A DNA stretch of 64,000 nucleotides, from contig JASBUN010000051.1 of NCBI GenBank assembly GCA_030147845.1, forward strand, positions 33,146-97,145, read 5' to 3'. Each line of letters begins with the position of its first letter. Position 1 is the stretch's first letter. The notes below the pieces were generated by a model. The model worked only from the letters and a program-made list of their open reading frames with translations, was not told the DNA's origin and searched no databases. Both the position numbers and the translations under genes were made by a program. Positions 60,066-64,000 of this stretch are shown piece by piece. The DNA comes from Gammaproteobacteria bacterium (GTDB taxonomy: Bacteria; Pseudomonadota; Gammaproteobacteria; JASBUN01).

Positions 60066-60882
60066 TAGTACGCCGCCGCCGTCGGTCGCGATGGGTCGCC
60101 GTGCGGCCGGCGTCTCCGGCGCCGTGCTGCGCGGGGGTGGCAAGCGGCTGCTGCCGTTCGTCTATGCCGCCGTGACCATTGCGGTAATTTGGGAGCTGGT
60201 GGTTGTGATCACCAAGCCGGACGCGGCCATACTGCCGTCGCCGTGGCAGTCGGCGCAGACGTTCGCGCATTTGGTGGCCAACGGTGAGCTTGCGCGCGAT
60301 GTTTATGCCAGTCTGCGGCGGGTACTGTCGGCTTGGGCGGGTGCTGCGGTTATTGGTATTCCCTTGGGTTTGGTCATGGGGTATTCGCATCGATTCGAGA
60401 AGATCGCCGATCCGTTCATCGAACTGTTGCGTCCGATCTCGCCGTTGGCGTGGATCCCGCTGGCGATTTTGTGGTTTGGTATCGGCGAGATCGGCAAGGT
60501 GTTCGTGGTATTTATCGGCACGTTCTTCCCGATCGTGCTGACCACGGTAGCCGGCGTCAAGAGTATCGACCCGACCTTAATCAACGCCGGTCGTGTATAC
60601 GGCTGCACAAGTGGCATTTCGCTATTCCGTAAAGTAATCCTGCCGGCATCGCTACCCAGCATTGTGGTGGGACTGCGCATTTCCTTCGGTATGGGGTGGG
60701 CCGCTATCATCGCGGCCGAATTGGTCGCTGCACAATCCGGTTTGGGCTTTCTGATCGCCAACGGGATGGAAATACTACGCGCCGACGAAGTGCTGGTGGG
60801 CATGGTGGTGATTGGCGTGCTTGGCGTCATGTTTGATTCGGTTTTTCGCTACGCACACCGGCGTCTCGTCTGGACGGAGTAA
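60046..60882 (+). CDS. ABC transporter permease (SsuC/TauC-like)
   Basis: LPSP, RPISPLAWIPL, ILPASLP, IAAEL, GLGF. Confidence 0.93.
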   Translation: MSSKPSSSTPPPSVAMGRRAAGVSGAVLRGGGKRLLPFVYAAVTIAVIWELVVVITKPDAAILPSPWQSAQTFAHLVANGELARDVYASLRRVLSAWAGAAVIGIPLGLVMGYSHRFEKIADPFIELLRPISPLAWIPLAILWFGIGEIGKVFVVFIGTFFPIVLTTVAGVKSIDPTLINAGRVYGCTSGISLFRKVILPASLPSIVVGLRISFGMGWAAIIAAELVAAQSGLGFLIANGMEILRADEVLVGMVVIGVLGVMFDSVFRYAHRRLVWTE

Positions 60883-60885
60883 ATA

Positions 60886-61683
60886 ATGCTGGAATCCATT
60901 GGTAAGGCCCTGCGTATTCGCGGGCTGTCGAAAACATATTTTACGCGTTCGGGCGAAGCAGTGGAGGCGTTGTGTCCGGTGAATATGGATATTCGCGCCG
61001 GCGAATTCGTTGCCGTCGTCGGCCCATCGGGCTGCGGCAAGAGCACCTTGTTGCAGATTTTGGCCGGTATCACCGAGCCGAGCGCAGGCGAAGCCTACGC
61101 CGACGATACACGTATTCATGGCCCGAGCATCGACCGCAGTATGGTGTTCCAGAACTACGCCTTGTTTCCGTGGCTGTCTGTGCGCCGTAATGTCGAGTTT
61201 GGCCTGGAGCATAAGGGCGTACCGAAAGCCGAGCGCCGTGAAATTGCCGAGCGCTATCTGAAAATGGTCGGCTTATCGGCATTCGCTGACAAGCAGACCA
61301 ATGAGCTATCGGGTGGCATGAAACAGCGCGTCGCCATTGCGCGGGCGTTCGCCGTCGATCCGTCGGTCATTCTCATGGACGAGCCGTTTGGTGCCCTGGA
61401 CGCACTGAGCCGGCGCTTACTGCAACGCGAGCTGCTGCGCATCTGGCAGGAGCATCGCAAGACCGTGCTGTTCATTACCCACTCGGTGGTCGAAGCGATT
61501 TACCTGGCCGATCGTATTGTCGTCATGACCGCGCGCCCAGGACGTATTCGTTCCGAGATCGAAGTCGACCTGGAACATCCACGTGACAACACCTCGCCGC
61601 AGTTTGCCGAGTTGGAGCGTGATATTTATGCGCAATTGGATGAGGAATTGACGCGCAGTTTCGGTTTGGATCAGGACGCTTGA
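60886..61683 (+). CDS. ABC transporter ATPase (SsuB/TauB-like)
   Basis: GPSGCGKST, LSGGMKQR, MDEPFGALD, ITHS. Confidence 0.95.
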   Translation: MLESIGKALRIRGLSKTYFTRSGEAVEALCPVNMDIRAGEFVAVVGPSGCGKSTLLQILAGITEPSAGEAYADDTRIHGPSIDRSMVFQNYALFPWLSVRRNVEFGLEHKGVPKAERREIAERYLKMVGLSAFADKQTNELSGGMKQRVAIARAFAVDPSVILMDEPFGALDALSRRLLQRELLRIWQEHRKTVLFITHSVVEAIYLADRIVVMTARPGRIRSEIEVDLEHPRDNTSPQFAELERDIYAQLDEELTRSFGLDQDA

Positions 61684-62993
61684 GCATGTTGCCGCGAGCG
61701 CAAATCGAGGTATCGTCCGTCGTACAGCAGGCACGCAGTGGCGCCGAGCCGGTCGTGGCTGAAACGCTGCAGCGCATTGGCACGCACGATCCCGAGGTGC
61801 GTGCATTCGTCCAAGTCGACGAGCGCGCGTTGGATGCTGCGCGGTATTGCGATCGCGCTGCAAGCGAACTCGGCCCGCTGCATGGTGTTCCTGTGGCGGT
61901 CAAGGAAGTTGTCGATGTCGGGGGTTTGCGCTGCGAGTGGGGCACTTCGATCCATGCCGGGCGCGTCCCGACGCGCGATGCGAGCGCGGTGGCGGCGTTG
62001 CGTGATGCCGGCGCCGTAATTGTAGGCACCACCGCATCAACTGAATATGCCATCGCCGATGCGCCTCCGACGCGCAATCCGCATGACGCCGCGCGTTCGC
62101 CGGGCGGTTCATCCAGCGGCTCGGCGGCGGCGGTGGCGGCCGGATTGGTGCCTGTTGCGATTGGAACGCAAAGCATTGGTTCGATCATTCGGCCGGCAAC
62201 TTATTGCGGAATATTTGGGCTGAAACCGACGTTTGGTGCAGTAAGCACCCGCGGTGGAATGCCACTGTCGCCGTGGTTGGATCACGTCGGTTTGCTGGCA
62301 TTGCACCTGGAGGATTTGCGCTTAGCCTGTGCCGCGCTGTTTCGCCTCGACCGCGACGATCCACACAGTATCGCCGTTCCACCTCCGCAGCCATATGCGC
62401 TGGCGCTACGCCCGGCGGTGGCTACAGTACTCGGGCCGTTCGATAATCGTGTGCAGGAGCCCAGTGCTACCGCTGTGCGTCGCGCGCAGGCTGCATTTCG
62501 CGACGCCGGCGTCATGACCGCGGACGTTACTTTGCCGCAGCAGGCGGAAGCGGCCATGAACGCCGTCGAAGTGCTGTTGTGCCATGATATGGCGCGCTTC
62601 CATGGCGACGATTACGACCGCCATGCCAACGCGATGAGTGTACGCGTGCAAGGCTTGATCCAAACCGGCCGTGATATAAAACCGTCGCAATACGATACCG
62701 CAGTGCTACAACGTACAACGCTTCGCGAGGCGCTGCTGACCAGTCTTGCCGAACAGGTGTGGTTGGCGCCGGCCACCGACAGCGTCGCGCCGCCGCGGCA
62801 GGAAGGCACCGGCTCGCCGATCTTGCAGGGCATCTGGACCCTGTGCGGCTTTCCCGTTCTTGCGGTTCCGTGCGGCCAAGTCGACGGTTTACCCGTGGGT
62901 GTGCAACTGATCGCCGCTCCGGGGCGCGAGGAGTTACTATTCGGCGCCGCCGCGTGCTTGACCGCAGCCATGCGAGCGTCCGCGTCCAGTTGA
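61680..62993 (+). CDS. Amidase signature-family enzyme
   Basis: GPLHGVPVAVKE, PGGSSSGSAAAVA, GTQSIGSIIRPA, GLPVGVQL. Confidence 0.92.
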   Translation: MSMLPRAQIEVSSVVQQARSGAEPVVAETLQRIGTHDPEVRAFVQVDERALDAARYCDRAASELGPLHGVPVAVKEVVDVGGLRCEWGTSIHAGRVPTRDASAVAALRDAGAVIVGTTASTEYAIADAPPTRNPHDAARSPGGSSSGSAAAVAAGLVPVAIGTQSIGSIIRPATYCGIFGLKPTFGAVSTRGGMPLSPWLDHVGLLALHLEDLRLACAALFRLDRDDPHSIAVPPPQPYALALRPAVATVLGPFDNRVQEPSATAVRRAQAAFRDAGVMTADVTLPQQAEAAMNAVEVLLCHDMARFHGDDYDRHANAMSVRVQGLIQTGRDIKPSQYDTAVLQRTTLREALLTSLAEQVWLAPATDSVAPPRQEGTGSPILQGIWTLCGFPVLAVPCGQVDGLPVGVQLIAAPGREELLFGAAACLTAAMRASASS

Positions 62994-63100
62994 GCTTCTG
63001 ACTTGCGGTTACCGATCGCGGCTTTCCTTGAACACCTCGAATCCGCTACCATGCGCGGGCGGTATAGGCAGCGGGGCTAAGTTGAGCGGCGGGTGATTCG

Positions 63101-63721
63101 GTGTTTGAGAAACTGATCGGACTGATCGCGGGATTCGTCACCGCAACGATTTTACAGCTCGGTTATGGCGGCATCGTGCTGCTAATGGGCATCGAGAGCG
63201 CCTGCATTCCGTTGCCCTCCGAGATCATCATGCCATTTTCCGGCTACCTGGTAAGCACGGGCCAAATGCAACTGTGGGCGGTGGCGGTAGCCGGCGCCGT
63301 TGGCAGCGTCGTGGGTTCGCTGCTTGCCTATGTGCTGGGTGCCTGGGGCGGCCGGCCGTTGGTGGAAAAATACGGCAAGTACGTGCTGATCTCGGCGCAC
63401 GATCTGGATCTCGCCGACCGCTGGTTCCAACGTTACGGCGACATCACGATCTTTCTGGGCCGATTGCTGCCAATCGTGCGCACCTTCATCGCTTTACCGG
63501 CAGGTATCGCCCGCATGCCGTTGTGGCGCTTTAATCTGTACACCTTTTTGGGTTCGTTGATCTGGTGTTGGGCTTTGGCCTGGATCGGTATGAAGCTGGG
63601 CGAACATTGGGATACGCTGGGCGCCTATTTCCATCGCTTTAACGCCGTCATCGGCATAGTCCTGGTGGCGGCACTGGTGTGGTATGTGCGCCGGCATGTG
63701 AAACACCGCTCACCGAGTTAG
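63101..63721 (+). CDS. DedA-family membrane protein
   Basis: ESACIPLPSEIIMPFSG, GRLLPIVRTFIALPAG. Confidence 0.95.
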   Translation: MFEKLIGLIAGFVTATILQLGYGGIVLLMGIESACIPLPSEIIMPFSGYLVSTGQMQLWAVAVAGAVGSVVGSLLAYVLGAWGGRPLVEKYGKYVLISAHDLDLADRWFQRYGDITIFLGRLLPIVRTFIALPAGIARMPLWRFNLYTFLGSLIWCWALAWIGMKLGEHWDTLGAYFHRFNAVIGIVLVAALVWYVRRHVKHRSPS

Positions 63722-63738
63722 ACGCCGGCTCCGACCAC

Positions 63739-64000
63739 TCAGTCGCCTGCCACTTCGTCGGCGCGCCGCGGGCGACACGGTTCGATAACCCGGTCAGCGT
63801 CGCCACCGCCGGTTTCGGCTCGAAAGATATCGATAAAGTGTCGGGCGAATTTACGCAAATACTTGCTGCGCACATAGGCTACCTTGGTGATCTCCCACGG
63901 GAACAAATGACTCAGATCGCGCATGCCCAAGTCGTCATCGCGACCAGGCTGATAGGCGAGTCGGGCGATGATGCCAATGCCGAGCCCCTCGCGTACATAA
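63739..64000 (-). CDS. CysB/Cbl-like LysR regulator, C-terminal part (truncated by window edge)
   Basis: YVREGLGIGIIARLAY...LSHLFPWEITKVAYVRSKYLRKFARHFI resembles the CysB C-terminus. Confidence 0.7.
   Translation of the reverse strand, partial: YVREGLGIGIIARLAYQPGRDDDLGMRDLSHLFPWEITKVAYVRSKYLRKFARHFIDIFRAETGGGDADRVIEPCRPRRADEVAGD

Noticed and set aside
63055..63090. c-di-GMP-I riboswitch (GGCAGCGGGGCT resembles the 3' strand)
   Set aside because: The upstream GGCAAAC/GAAA/GCAAAG elements are absent

Overview
A GC-rich, gene-dense chromosomal window, probably from a gammaproteobacterium; the DsrE-like, YgaP-like, TauE and CysB-like genes hint at sulfur metabolism. I found no rRNA, tRNA, CRISPR array, transposase or prophage gene. 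Main blocks in order: (1) the 3' end of manC, a retropepsin-like protease, a secreted EF-hand protein, an EpsL-like beta-barrel and a glrK-qseG-glrR (QseEGF-like) two-component locus; (2) a cNMP-GGDEF protein, ctaG-PCuAC-sco copper chaperones and a double-length UvrA; (3) hdfR, an MFS transporter, nadA, mscS, a Nudix hydrolase, NlpC/P60, an ATP-grasp ligase, a CarS-like protein, tandem Slp lipoproteins, efpL/yeiP, an M1 peptidase with ChaN-PDZ, a Rieske ferredoxin with a TrpD-like protein, gpmA, rlmM and mtnD-mtnC; (4) an ExeA-like ATPase, GH100 invertase, aceK, a processive GT2 and a CHASE-PAS-GGDEF-EAL protein; (5) a selenoneine cluster (selD fusion, senB, senA) flanked by DsrE-like, TauE, ABC importer, amidase, DedA and CysB-like genes. 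The strongest non-obvious signal is four TGTCG-N8-CGACA GlrR/QseF-type boxes near two sigma54 promoters. These promoters drive a tiny Pro-rich lipoprotein, located where enterobacteria have the GlmY sRNA, and a secreted EF-hand protein. Other signals: senB is inverted between selD and senA with only 17 bp between the divergent starts; a dispersed MITE-like family has four copies; and a perfect 100-bp duplication is built from REP-like units. All family assignments come from motif recognition by eye; no database searches were run.
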